Positions 38,422-46,736 of a stretch of DNA of 64,000 nt are shown here, one piece after another. Below the pieces are notes generated by a model. The model made no database searches and had not been told where the DNA came from. It saw only the letters and a program-made list of their open reading frames with translations. Every line of letters begins with the position of its first letter. Position 1 is the first letter of the stretch. The position numbers were made by a program, and so were the translations under genes. Source of the DNA: a virus; IMG/VR virus record IMGVR_UViG_3300029258_002856. One strand, 5' to 3'.

Positions 38422-38562
38422 ATGGGGATGCCGACCAGATACCGCACCCCGCGGAAGAACCTCTCTCCACGCAAGATAGATAAGAAGCATCTCCGGCGCT
38501 GGTTGAAGTATCGTCAGTTACGGGGTAAAGCTGTCCGTCCTCCCAAGCAATTCGGTCATTAA
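38422..38562 (+). CDS. Very basic small protein (46 aa)
   Basis: MGMPTRYRTPRKNLSPRKIDKKHLRRWLKYRQLRGKAVRPPKQFGH directly after the previous stop. Confidence 0.5.
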   Translation: MGMPTRYRTPRKNLSPRKIDKKHLRRWLKYRQLRGKAVRPPKQFGH

Positions 38563-38694
38563 AAAACCCTCGCGTCTGTGGTAAAAGATTCTGTGTTGCC
38601 GATGGGCTCGCTCCAGATGCCCCCCCACATCCGACCGAGTTCACCGGCAACGTTTTTTCTTTGACAACCGATTGCAAGAAGACAGGAGGGAACA

Positions 38695-39354
38695 ATGCCC
38701 GAGGAAAAAGACCAGCCGGTCGAAGAGAAGTACCGAGAGTACACGCTGGACGAGTTACTGTTGCGGCGCAAGGAGCTTTCCGTCAAGGTCCAGCTCCGGC
38801 AGAAGCTGTTCAACACGCCGCACCTCTTCCAGGAGAACCTGCGGCGCACCTCGGCGCGCCACGAGGGCCTGGATGACATCATCGGCACGCTCCCGGTGAT
38901 GGACCGCGTGCAGCTCGAGCACGAGCTCAACTACTACTCGCAGAAGCTTCGCGAAGTCGACGAGGTGGTGCAGGGGGCGAACTTCAACGAAGAAGTCAAC
39001 GGCCCGTCGTCCATCTTCGTGGACTTCTCCGAGGACATGAAGCTCGCCGGAGGCACCATCACCAAGAAGCTCGCGTCCTTCCTCACGCGACGCAAGACTC
39101 TCAACGACATCTGTCGGCGCGTCGACATCGAGGACTCGGAGCTGATTCACTCGGTCAACGAGCGTCTCGAGGCTACCGAGGGGACCGAGAAGCTCAAGGA
39201 GAAGTACGCGAAGAAGAAGGCCAGCGAGGTGCTCGCTCGGATGGAGCACTACCACACCCAGCTCCGCCTCTGCGACGAGCTGATTCACGAGGCCAATTGC
39301 GGCATCCGCCGCGGAGCCTCTCCTTCCCTTCTGGACGACTACCCAGTCGACTAG
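38695..39354 (+). CDS. Hypothetical helical protein
   Basis: 219 aa, SD AGGAGG, strongly C/G-ending codons. Confidence 0.75.
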   Translation: MPEEKDQPVEEKYREYTLDELLLRRKELSVKVQLRQKLFNTPHLFQENLRRTSARHEGLDDIIGTLPVMDRVQLEHELNYYSQKLREVDEVVQGANFNEEVNGPSSIFVDFSEDMKLAGGTITKKLASFLTRRKTLNDICRRVDIEDSELIHSVNERLEATEGTEKLKEKYAKKKASEVLARMEHYHTQLRLCDELIHEANCGIRRGASPSLLDDYPVD

Positions 39355-39560
39355 TAGCTACGTCCCCCCGGGGGCGTTCTACATAGGACAAGCGGTGCGT
39401 GGAACAAGGGTTTGCTCGGCACCCTAAGCCGTAGGCCGGTCCGGAGCGGTCATAGCAATTCATCTGCATCGAAGACGATGTATACCTCTCGACTGCTAAT
39501 CGAGAACTGGACATTTAATCCAGAGAAAAAGTGGGTTTTCCGGGAGCCAAAAAACCGGAC

Positions 39561-39650
39561 GAACTCCGACTAGATGAATTCCGACCTTCCGACTAACCCT
39601 GATTACCCGAATACGCAGAACAGCTGAACTTCGAGTAACAGAACTCCGAC
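39561..39650 (+). repeat. Cluster of short direct repeats GAAyTCCGAC
   Basis: GAACTCCGAC 39561, GAATTCCGAC 39576, TTCCGAC 39587, GAACTTCGAG 39626, GAACTCCGAC 39641. Confidence 0.55.
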
Positions 39651-39683
39651 TCACCACGTTCCGGCCGCTTTGTCCGTCTCTAT

Positions 39684-39719
39684 GCACTCTCTCCTTCACC
39701 GGGGGGAGTGCTCTTTTTT
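39684..39719 (+). terminator. Hairpin plus U-tract just upstream of tRNA-Gln
   Basis: GCACTCTCTCC/GGGGGGAGTGC stem with G-U pairs, followed by TCTTTTTT. Confidence 0.55.
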
Positions 39720-39723
39720 CCTC

Positions 39724-39795
39724 TGGGGCATCGACCAGTGGCCAGGTCACGGGCTTTTGGTGCCCGCTACGAAGGTTCGAGTCCTTCTGCCCCAG
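39724..39795 (+). tRNA. tRNA-Gln(UUG)
   Basis: Acceptor TGGGGCA/TGCCCCA; anticodon arm CGGGC-TTTTGGT-GCCCG; T-loop TTCGAGT; followed by CCG rather than CCA. Confidence 0.9.
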
Positions 39796-39797
39796 CC

Positions 39798-40171
39798 GGA
39801 TGCTAGAGCCTGGAGAGGCAACCGTCAGCTAGCTGACCCAGGTTTGCTGAACAGGCCGGGGAGTAACTCCCCAAAGGGCACAGGAGTCGCCCCAACCGAA
39901 ACACCTTGGAAGGAAGTCCTCTCACCGGGAGGCTCTACCCACTCGGACAATTAGCCATCCCGAGTGAGAAGGACCCCTTCCGGCGTACGCGTAGTAGCAT
40001 CCATGCAGACGTCGGAACTCTCGCACCTCGAGGGTCGGGAAGTAACTTCCCACGAGACGCGCAGCAACTAACTGCGCTTGAACATTGGCGACAGCTTAGG
40101 CTGCGGAGAGGTCCGCTATGCTTCCCTACCTTGCCTCAGCTTCTGCCAAAGTAAACACAGTGACGTCTGCA
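39798..40171 (+). ncRNA. Two-domain structured ncRNA candidate between tRNA-Gln and tRNA-Glu
   Basis: Domain 1 is closed by GGATGCTA/TAGCATCC (39798-40002) and domain 2 by TGCAGACGTC/GACGTCTGCA (40004-40171). Many internal hairpins; no convincing ORF. Confidence 0.6.
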
Positions 40172-40174
40172 CCT

Positions 40175-40248
40175 GACTCCATCGTCTAGTCCGGTCAGGA
40201 CACTGGCCTTTCACGCCAGTAACACGGGTTCAAATCCCGTTGGAGTCA
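40175..40248 (+). tRNA. tRNA-Glu(UUC)
   Basis: Acceptor GACTCCA/TGGAGTC; anticodon arm CTGGC-CTTTCAC-GCCAG; T-loop TTCAAAT; followed by CCG. Confidence 0.9.
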
Positions 40249-40428
40249 CCGCGGCAGTGGGTCATGGAAACGTCAGGCTGGGATGCGGAGCGGGACGGGT
40301 ATACTGCCGCTCAGGGGTTTTCTTCTGTGCCCGTCCCCACCTTTCACGTTGGTCCGCGCTGGGTTTGGGACCTCGGAAACATAATACAATCCCGGTACAC
40401 CCAGCACATTTCCCAACAGGAAAAACCA

Positions 40429-40824
40429 ATGGCCTACATAATCGGAGAACCAATCATCGAGGTCTGTGCCGGAGGGGTGCACGGGGGTACCCTCCTCCGT
40501 GTCCGCTTCCCGGTGAAAGACACCCACGTAGATGAGATTCACTACCGGGGCTGCGAAATCGAACTTCACCCCGAACAACTCTGGATGTTGAACAAGGACG
40601 GGGTGCCCCCACGCTTTGCTCCAAAAGTTCTCCCCCCGATAGCAGTGACAGAAGACATGTACGGTGACACTCTTGTGCTCTCTGCTGACGTTGTTCATGA
40701 GGTCAAACAGCACCTCAATCGTCTAGGGCTCGTCCCGGAAGAAATGGACCAGCATGCCCTCCAAGAGATAAAGAACGCCGTTGCCGAGCGGCTCGTAAAA
40801 GAGAAGTACGGAGAGAAGAAATGA
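40429..40824 (+). CDS. Hypothetical protein
   Basis: ATG 40429 with SD AGGA; the track start at 40240 overlaps tRNA-Glu. Confidence 0.65.
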   Translation: MAYIIGEPIIEVCAGGVHGGTLLRVRFPVKDTHVDEIHYRGCEIELHPEQLWMLNKDGVPPRFAPKVLPPIAVTEDMYGDTLVLSADVVHEVKQHLNRLGLVPEEMDQHALQEIKNAVAERLVKEKYGEKK

Positions 40825-41330
40825 CCAAACACCTCAAGTATCTGAAGTATGTTCTCCGTCACAAATACTACGTGACGCTGGAGTGCTTCAAGGTCGGCCT
40901 CTATCTTCGTGGCGCACTCCACGACATCAGCAAGTTCCACCCGAGTGAGTGGTTCCCCTACGCCGAATTCTTTTACGGCGTTAAACCGCAGAACATCCGG
41001 GATGAGACTGGCTACTACAAACCCACGGACACGGGAGACGCGGACTTCGACTTCGCGTGGCTGCTCCACCAGAAGCGCAACGACCATCACTGGCAGTGGT
41101 GGGTACTCCCCGAGGACGAGGGCGGCGTGAAACTCGTGCCGATGTCGGTGGACGCCGTTGTCGAGATGCTCTGTGATTGGTGCGGCGCTAGCAGGGCGCA
41201 AGGACACGGCGGCTGGGAGGGCGTCTTCAAGTGGTACGAGAAGAATAAGGACAAGATGCAGCTCCATCCTGAGAGCAGGGAGAGGGTCGAAGAAATGCTT
41301 CGGCACATCAAGCTCCATGGCCAGTGGTAA
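40821..41330 (+). CDS. HD-type metal-dependent hydrolase-like protein (DUF5662-like)
   Basis: HK...LHDISKF...AWLLHQKRNDHHWQWW...EMLCDW. Confidence 0.65.
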   Translation: MTKHLKYLKYVLRHKYYVTLECFKVGLYLRGALHDISKFHPSEWFPYAEFFYGVKPQNIRDETGYYKPTDTGDADFDFAWLLHQKRNDHHWQWWVLPEDEGGVKLVPMSVDAVVEMLCDWCGASRAQGHGGWEGVFKWYEKNKDKMQLHPESRERVEEMLRHIKLHGQW

Positions 41331-41595
41331 CCAGCAAGATGCGATTCTAGCAATCAATTTTCACGACGACTTGATTGCTTATCTTGAAGAGAAGATGGTG
41401 GAGGGCGTAAATGTCTCGTTCATTGGAGAGAAGTTCTTGCAGCTCAACGGTGCGGTCCCGACGAAGACCTACCAGGAACTCATCTTCCCGGAAGTCTTGC
41501 GCATCGCACGAGACCATGGATTCAAAGTAACGCGCGGCAGTAACCACAACATCCGGGCTGACTACGTGCGCATCGACCTGGTAGTGAGGTATTGA
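41317..41595 (+). CDS. Small protein, dispersed paralog family
   Basis: AYLEEK...YQELIFPEVLRIARDHGF. Confidence 0.65.
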   Translation: MASGNQQDAILAINFHDDLIAYLEEKMVEGVNVSFIGEKFLQLNGAVPTKTYQELIFPEVLRIARDHGFKVTRGSNHNIRADYVRIDLVVRY

Positions 41596-41873
41596 CGATG
41601 ATTGTCGCATTCCTCGAGGCGTACCTGACCGAGAAAGTAGTGGAGTTCGATATCTGGGCGCGCAAGGAGAAGGGCGGGGGTTGGGTTGTCGACCTCTATG
41701 CGGTGCCGTCGTCATTTTTCGAGGAAGTTCTCCGGCCCACAATGCAGGAGATAATCGAAGAACAAGGATTCAGGATGATGGTGTCTTTCCGTCATCCGTT
41801 GTTCGGAACCGAGGTGACCAGCATGCAGGTCGACGTTCTCCACCCTTCAGCACAGGAGCTTGGATATGTCTAA
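41592..41873 (+). CDS. Small protein, dispersed paralog family
   Basis: AYLTEK...FEEVLRPTMQEIIEEQGF. Confidence 0.65.
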   Translation: MTMIVAFLEAYLTEKVVEFDIWARKEKGGGWVVDLYAVPSSFFEEVLRPTMQEIIEEQGFRMMVSFRHPLFGTEVTSMQVDVLHPSAQELGYV

Positions 41874-42150
41874 AGCCAGCTTCTATCCAATCACTCCTCG
41901 GGTCCAGAAGCTCTACGACTACTTGGCTGAAAAGTTGATAGAATCCTTCTTCGAACGGAGAGTAGGAAACAACGGACTCCCCTACTACGTGGTACGGCTA
42001 CGAATGATTCCCCAAGGCGCGTATGCTGACCTCATTTATCCGGAGGCTGAACGCCTCGCTCAAGACAACGGTTTGATGTTGGGGGGCGGTCCAACCTGCA
42101 TCTGCAATGGCATAGTAACCTCTGCCGACTGGGTTATAATTCCCGCATGA
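41860..42150 (+). CDS. Small protein, dispersed paralog family
   Basis: DYLAEK...YADLIYPEAERLAQDNGL. Confidence 0.65.
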   Translation: MDMSKASFYPITPRVQKLYDYLAEKLIESFFERRVGNNGLPYYVVRLRMIPQGAYADLIYPEAERLAQDNGLMLGGGPTCICNGIVTSADWVIIPA

Positions 42151-42539
42151 ATACAGCAAGCAAACACGTCATCGTCGAACTCTGGAACTGCAACACGGAC
42201 TTTCTCGAGGACGGGGAGTACATCGAGAAGTGCCTCCGCAGCATCGCCGCAGTCATCGACGTCACGCCAATCACCTACACACACCACAACTACGACCCGC
42301 AGGGGTACACGGGGATTCTCGTCATTGAAGAGTCCCACATCGTAATTCACACGTGGCCCGAACATCGCTATGCTACAGTGGATGTCTTCACCTGTGGGGA
42401 GAAAGACCCCAAGGTCGTGGGGCCGGTGCTGAAGGAGTTTTTCGAGGCCAAGGAAGCAGGCGTCCTCAGCCTGACCCGGGGCAACCGCAACGGTATCGGG
42501 ATAGTGTGCCACCATGTGAACGGGCACGGTTTTCTGTAG
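42147..42539 (+). CDS. speD: S-adenosylmethionine decarboxylase proenzyme (pyruvoyl-dependent, class 1B-like)
   Basis: KHVIVELWNC; GYTGILVIEESHIVIHTWPE with ES autocleavage site; VDVFTCG. Confidence 0.9.
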   Translation: MNTASKHVIVELWNCNTDFLEDGEYIEKCLRSIAAVIDVTPITYTHHNYDPQGYTGILVIEESHIVIHTWPEHRYATVDVFTCGEKDPKVVGPVLKEFFEAKEAGVLSLTRGNRNGIGIVCHHVNGHGFL

Positions 42540-42552
42540 AAAGGAACGCAGC

Positions 42553-42846
42553 ATGGCTACGGATACGGCAACCCGTCTTCTCTTGAAAGCAGAGGAGATG
42601 ATAGAACTCGCACAGAAGAACCACGTCGAGCGCAAAGGACGGGCGTGGAACAACCCCGAGCAGATTCGGCTGAGCATCGATGGTACCGAAGTCTTCTACA
42701 TCGGCCCAGATGGAAACTGTCGAGTCGACGGGGAGTCTTGTGACGACCCCAAGAAAATCCTCGCAGCTATCCGCCGTTTCGTGGCTGTCGGCAAGGACCC
42801 CACCAAGCAGAACTTGATGCACATGGCTCCGGCCGGAGAAGCGTAA
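42553..42846 (+). CDS. Hypothetical protein
   Basis: 97 aa, SD AAGGA. Confidence 0.65.
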   Translation: MATDTATRLLLKAEEMIELAQKNHVERKGRAWNNPEQIRLSIDGTEVFYIGPDGNCRVDGESCDDPKKILAAIRRFVAVGKDPTKQNLMHMAPAGEA

Positions 42847-42852
42847 CCCGTA

Positions 42853-43167
42853 ATGGACGCGGCGAAAGACAAGCTCTACCGCATCCTCGACGCCGCGCTC
42901 CAGTCCGAAGACATCGACCTCCGCGACAACGTGGTTTCCTACATTGGTCTGATAGAAGACCCCTACTTCCTTCCGCTGCTGCAAGAACACATCACTCACG
43001 AAGAAGTGGAGTGGCTGAAAAGTTACGCCGTAAAAGTCATCGAGTACCTGAAGGCTCGAGAGGCGGGCGTCGAGCCTCTCCCGCCTGGAGAGTCGGACCC
43101 GGAGGATACACTCGTGAAGAACGTTGCCCGCTGGCGCAAGACGATGCGGGGGATAGGAGACAAATGA
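42853..43167 (+). CDS. HEAT-repeat-like hypothetical protein
   Basis: LQSEDIDLRDNVVSYIGLIEDPYFLPLLQE...EEVEWLKSYAVKVI. Confidence 0.55.
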   Translation: MDAAKDKLYRILDAALQSEDIDLRDNVVSYIGLIEDPYFLPLLQEHITHEEVEWLKSYAVKVIEYLKAREAGVEPLPPGESDPEDTLVKNVARWRKTMRGIGDK

Positions 43168-43170
43168 CAG

Positions 43171-43731
43171 ATGGTTACCCCAGACCAGGTTATCAAACTG
43201 GTCTTCTCTCCCTCTGACATAGCAACCGCCAAACGGAACGCCGGGAAAGCGTCTCTAGGTGGAGTATCGCGTGTACGGGAGGGGGAAGACCGCCAGTACG
43301 CTCTCGCAATTGACCAACTCGTCGGGCAGTTAGGCCAGATTGCGGGGCACCGCTGGCTTTATGGCCACCCGTTCGATTATGCCCGAGGCCGGTGGTACAT
43401 CAATCGACACCCCCACGTAGGAGACGGGGGGAGCGATGTAGCCTGCGGCAACATTGACTTCAAGGCATCGCTCTTGCGGTATCCAGACAAACCCCTGCTG
43501 GACTACCACTTGTTGGTGCGCCCCGCCGAGCGCCACAAAAACTTGGTGTACATCCCTATCATCGTGGACCTGCAAGAAGACAACACCCAAGGATGTGCGT
43601 ACGTGATGGGCTGGGCCACGGATGAAATGCTACCGGAATCTGCGGAGAAAGAAGGCGTCTTTCAAGGGGCATTCGCCCTCTGCTGCGCCGACATCCATCC
43701 GTTGCCGCCGTTCAAATGGAATTGGACGTAG
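43171..43731 (+). CDS. Hypothetical protein (possible restriction-endonuclease-like fold)
   Basis: GQLG...DGGSDV...IDFKAS loosely resembles PD-(D/E)xK. Confidence 0.5.
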   Translation: MVTPDQVIKLVFSPSDIATAKRNAGKASLGGVSRVREGEDRQYALAIDQLVGQLGQIAGHRWLYGHPFDYARGRWYINRHPHVGDGGSDVACGNIDFKASLLRYPDKPLLDYHLLVRPAERHKNLVYIPIIVDLQEDNTQGCAYVMGWATDEMLPESAEKEGVFQGAFALCCADIHPLPPFKWNWT

Positions 43732-43740
43732 TGGTATAAC
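43732..43740 (+). promoter_or_regulatory. Class B promoter-like motif TGGTATAAC
   Basis: Immediately after a stop codon, upstream of 43847. Confidence 0.4.
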
Positions 43741-43846
43741 TAAATACCGCTCTCTGCGGATTTTCTAGTGGAGGTATCCAAGTAGATACAACGCTGCGTG
43801 GATATCCTCGAGGCACGTAACCCCCTCAGTTTTAGGAGTTCAAAAA

Positions 43847-44752
43847 ATGAAGAAATGGGAAAATAGGGTGCAGGTGCGTCCGGCCCCTAACCAAAACTTC
43901 AATATGGATTTTGCCCCTTGCGCGATGACACGAGGAGCCCCCGTACTCTCGAAGGAAATTAATCTGCCCAACACGAAAAACATTAAAATGTACCCGGGAT
44001 TCGTCGTAGACGAGGCGATCTCCTTTATTAAGGAGGTGCACGCGGCAAAAGGAATTCTCTGCTTTCTCTGGTCGATACTGACCCATCCCCGCATTCTTCA
44101 TGAGCTCGCAGAAGGGAATAGCCTTGGGGCAGTAGACAAATTCAGTCCCACTATCCGCCTCGCAGACCAATATAACCGCATCCTTTGTTGTGTTCCGCGC
44201 CATAAGTTCCCGGGTAACCGCATACCTAACTTGGTGCGGCGAGACGGCCAAAATGATTACGGGCTCCCAGACGTCACGCGCGTAGTGGGGCAGGATTTTG
44301 GGAAGAGCGCTCCTTTCCGGGAAAATGAAACCCGCCCCCTGATGCACAAGAAAACGCTAGTGGGGCTAGTGCCGCAGGGAAAGAAGTTCGTGGCACAAAT
44401 GGCATTTCGAGGAAGCGCTAATGGAACTGCGCACGCGGAAAATTCATGGGAAGACGTAGAGCGGGTGGACGACCCCGACTACGCAAAGGTTCTTTACGAC
44501 AGTTTTGCGCACACGTACTCCATGAGTGAGGGGCTTTTTGCTTATGCCCCCGGGCCGATGCCTACGTATGAATGGCGCAAACGACCCCCGAAAACGGTTG
44601 CCGTCCCGCCGTGCCCTGCATGTTCTTCGCACGAGATAGGCTTGATGTGGCAGGCCCAAAAGGGAGAAGCACTCTGCCGAAGACTTTGCTGCACGTCATG
44701 TGGAGAGGTTTTCGGGAAACCACTCTTGTACGCTAACTGGCCGCTGAAATAA
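43847..44752 (+). CDS. Hypothetical protein with C-terminal Zn ribbon
   Basis: SD AGGAG; CPAC...CTSC. The 5' half is shadowed by an in-register antisense ORF (43832..44347). Confidence 0.5.
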   Translation: MKKWENRVQVRPAPNQNFNMDFAPCAMTRGAPVLSKEINLPNTKNIKMYPGFVVDEAISFIKEVHAAKGILCFLWSILTHPRILHELAEGNSLGAVDKFSPTIRLADQYNRILCCVPRHKFPGNRIPNLVRRDGQNDYGLPDVTRVVGQDFGKSAPFRENETRPLMHKKTLVGLVPQGKKFVAQMAFRGSANGTAHAENSWEDVERVDDPDYAKVLYDSFAHTYSMSEGLFAYAPGPMPTYEWRKRPPKTVAVPPCPACSSHEIGLMWQAQKGEALCRRLCCTSCGEVFGKPLLYANWPLK

Positions 44753-44761
44753 GGAGGACGT

Positions 44762-45610
44762 ATGCAGTTACCGAAAAGCATGAAACCGTTGAAAGGAGTC
44801 CAGTACTTCGGCTTAACTGTGGGACCCAAAGAAGCTGCGGCACTGTTGAAGTACAACACTGCGAACTACCGAGAGGCAGCGGAACAGCGAGTGCGGTATT
44901 TAGCTGCGGTCATGCAAGCCGGAAAATGGTTCCGTAACCCCGGAGACCCTTTGATCCTGCAAAAACATGGACGCAGTTACGTTTTTCTAAACGGGCAGCA
45001 TCGACTTCTCGCTATTGTCCGATCTGGATGTTCAGTAGAACTCGTCATTTGCGTCCTCGACGCGGATGTCCACGTTCAACTAGCTGCGTTAGACGGCCAG
45101 CGCCCCCGCAACCTCCAACAATTCATCACCCATCAGGGGTACCCCGGAACGCTCTGCGCCCCCATTGCCCGGCTACTCATCGCGCATGAGCGCACTAAAA
45201 AGAGTAGCAGCCAAGGTCCTATCGACATACAAGATGGGTGGGAAACCTTTCAACGATTTCGGGATGGTATCCTGTTCGTGGCGGACCTCACGAACGAGAA
45301 ATCAGCAGGAGTGAACGCGCTATACCGCACGGCGCTGACACGGGGATACTACCATTACGATAAGCCGCGCCTTCGGGAATTTCATCGACAGTTCACTGAG
45401 AATTTGTGCACAAAGCCTAAGACAGACCGCGGAGCTACCCTACTTCTCAAGCTCTATACCCAAGCGTTAGAAGCCGGGGAAGTGGACCGCAATCTTTATT
45501 ACCTACACTGCGAACGTGCCGTTTACGCCTTTGGAAATTGTGAGCATTTGACGAGTGCGAAACAATTGAAACCGGAAACTGAGCCGGGGGCGCTCCTACC
45601 CCTGACATAG
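44762..45610 (+). CDS. ParB-like (DGQHR-type) N-terminal domain protein
   Basis: LLKYNTANYRE...RVRYLAAVMQAGKW...LNGQHRLLAIV; SD AGGAGG. Confidence 0.65.
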   Translation: MQLPKSMKPLKGVQYFGLTVGPKEAAALLKYNTANYREAAEQRVRYLAAVMQAGKWFRNPGDPLILQKHGRSYVFLNGQHRLLAIVRSGCSVELVICVLDADVHVQLAALDGQRPRNLQQFITHQGYPGTLCAPIARLLIAHERTKKSSSQGPIDIQDGWETFQRFRDGILFVADLTNEKSAGVNALYRTALTRGYYHYDKPRLREFHRQFTENLCTKPKTDRGATLLLKLYTQALEAGEVDRNLYYLHCERAVYAFGNCEHLTSAKQLKPETEPGALLPLT

Positions 45611-45649
45611 CAACTTCCATACCGTTTTCCGCTTGGGGGAGGTATCAGG

Positions 45650-45973
45650 ATGGCCAAGAAGCCCGAGAAGGCTACGCGCAAGCTGGCAATGCTCGCCAAA
45701 TGTCACGACTGTACAGGCGGCTATGCCGACGGAAAATACGACTGCGAGAACCCGAAGTGTCCGCTGTACCAATGGATGCCCTACGCATCCAGCATGCCGG
45801 ACGAGGAGTGGCTCAAGTACAACCCCAAAATGAAGGGACAGGTGACCTGGGAAGAGAGTGGACGCGAGATGTCAGAAGAAGAGCGCGCAGCGGCAGCGGA
45901 ACGGCTTGCCAAGGCACGGGGGAAAAAGAGCAGCAGAGATGAGCTGATGGCCCTCATCAATGACGACGACTAA
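45650..45973 (+). CDS. Cys-rich hypothetical protein
   Basis: AKCHDCTGG...DCENPKCPLYQWMPY. Confidence 0.7.
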   Translation: MAKKPEKATRKLAMLAKCHDCTGGYADGKYDCENPKCPLYQWMPYASSMPDEEWLKYNPKMKGQVTWEESGREMSEEERAAAAERLAKARGKKSSRDELMALINDDD

Positions 45974-46019
45974 CCTTCATCGGTCTCTCGAGAGTACCGA
46001 CGTGAAAGGAGCGGCAAAA

Positions 46020-46379
46020 ATGGACCGCAGCACCGCACTATACAACGAGCTGATGGACGCAGTAAACGCAGAAGACATCGGAATCCTCGAAGGTCTCAAA
46101 ACCAAAGAGGAGCTCGAAGAAATGTGCGTCTATTACCAGAACCACAACCAGGGCCAAACGGCTAGAAAATACGGCGTAAGCAAACCCTTCGTACAGGCTC
46201 GTTTTCAGAAGATGGCGATTGCGTTCCTCGTGGACGAAAAAGATAACCTGATGGAGGAGTTCCTCTACTCGCAATTCTCAGAGGAGAACACGTTTTTCCT
46301 GTACATCCTACATCTCGGGTTGGAGAAATACCGCAAAGAGAAGAAAAACACCAAGCTTCGTACAGTGAAGGAGCGATGA
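46020..46379 (+). CDS. Hypothetical protein (possible HTH)
   Basis: ATG 46020 with SD AAGGAG; QGQTARKYGVSKPFV. Confidence 0.6.
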   Translation: MDRSTALYNELMDAVNAEDIGILEGLKTKEELEEMCVYYQNHNQGQTARKYGVSKPFVQARFQKMAIAFLVDEKDNLMEEFLYSQFSEENTFFLYILHLGLEKYRKEKKNTKLRTVKER

Positions 46380-46594
46380 TGCCGCTGAATGAAGCCGAGA
46401 AGGCCAACTTCGAGACTCTCCAGGGTGCATTCGAAGATGGCAACGTCGCGCTCCTGGAAACGACGAGAATCGACGACGGGAGCCGCGCCGTGCTACTCTG
46501 TGCGATAGGGTACGTAGACGAGGAGTACCTCTTTACCCCGTTCGCGGAAATGGTAGATGGTAACCCGTACGAGATATACACGCCCCCGGCCTAA
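46376..46594 (+). CDS. Small hypothetical protein
   Basis: 72 aa, coupled to the previous ORF. Confidence 0.65.
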   Translation: MMPLNEAEKANFETLQGAFEDGNVALLETTRIDDGSRAVLLCAIGYVDEEYLFTPFAEMVDGNPYEIYTPPA

Positions 46595-46709
46595 GGTCCA
46601 GGCTGTCTGTCGCAACTGCAAGTACTGGAAGGTCTCGTGTTCCCGGTGCAAGAAGAAGCACCTTCGCACTGGCCCGGAGTACTCCTGTAATTTGTTCAAA
46701 CCAAAACGG

Positions 46710-46718
46710 ACTATGATT
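46710..46718 (+). promoter_or_regulatory. Class A-like motif ACTATGATT
   Basis: Upstream of the 46737/47326 gene pair. Confidence 0.35.
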
Positions 46719-46736
46719 ACGTAAAGGAGTAATGCC

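Noticed and set aside
38661-38666. Canonical sigma70 promoter at TTGACA before 38695
   Set aside because: There is no -10 hexamer at 16-18 bp spacing (that position is occupied by the SD), so it is not reported as a promoter.
39561-39650. CRISPR array
   Set aside because: Repeats are only ~10 nt with irregular short spacers, and no cas genes are present.
39898-40110. RNase P RNA or tmRNA identity for the inter-tRNA ncRNA (GAAGGAAGTCC resembles the RNase P GAGGAAAGUCC motif)
   Set aside because: No convincing P4 partner or other conserved regions were found, and there is no tmRNA acceptor/T-arm or tag ORF. It is left as an unassigned ncRNA pending cmscan.
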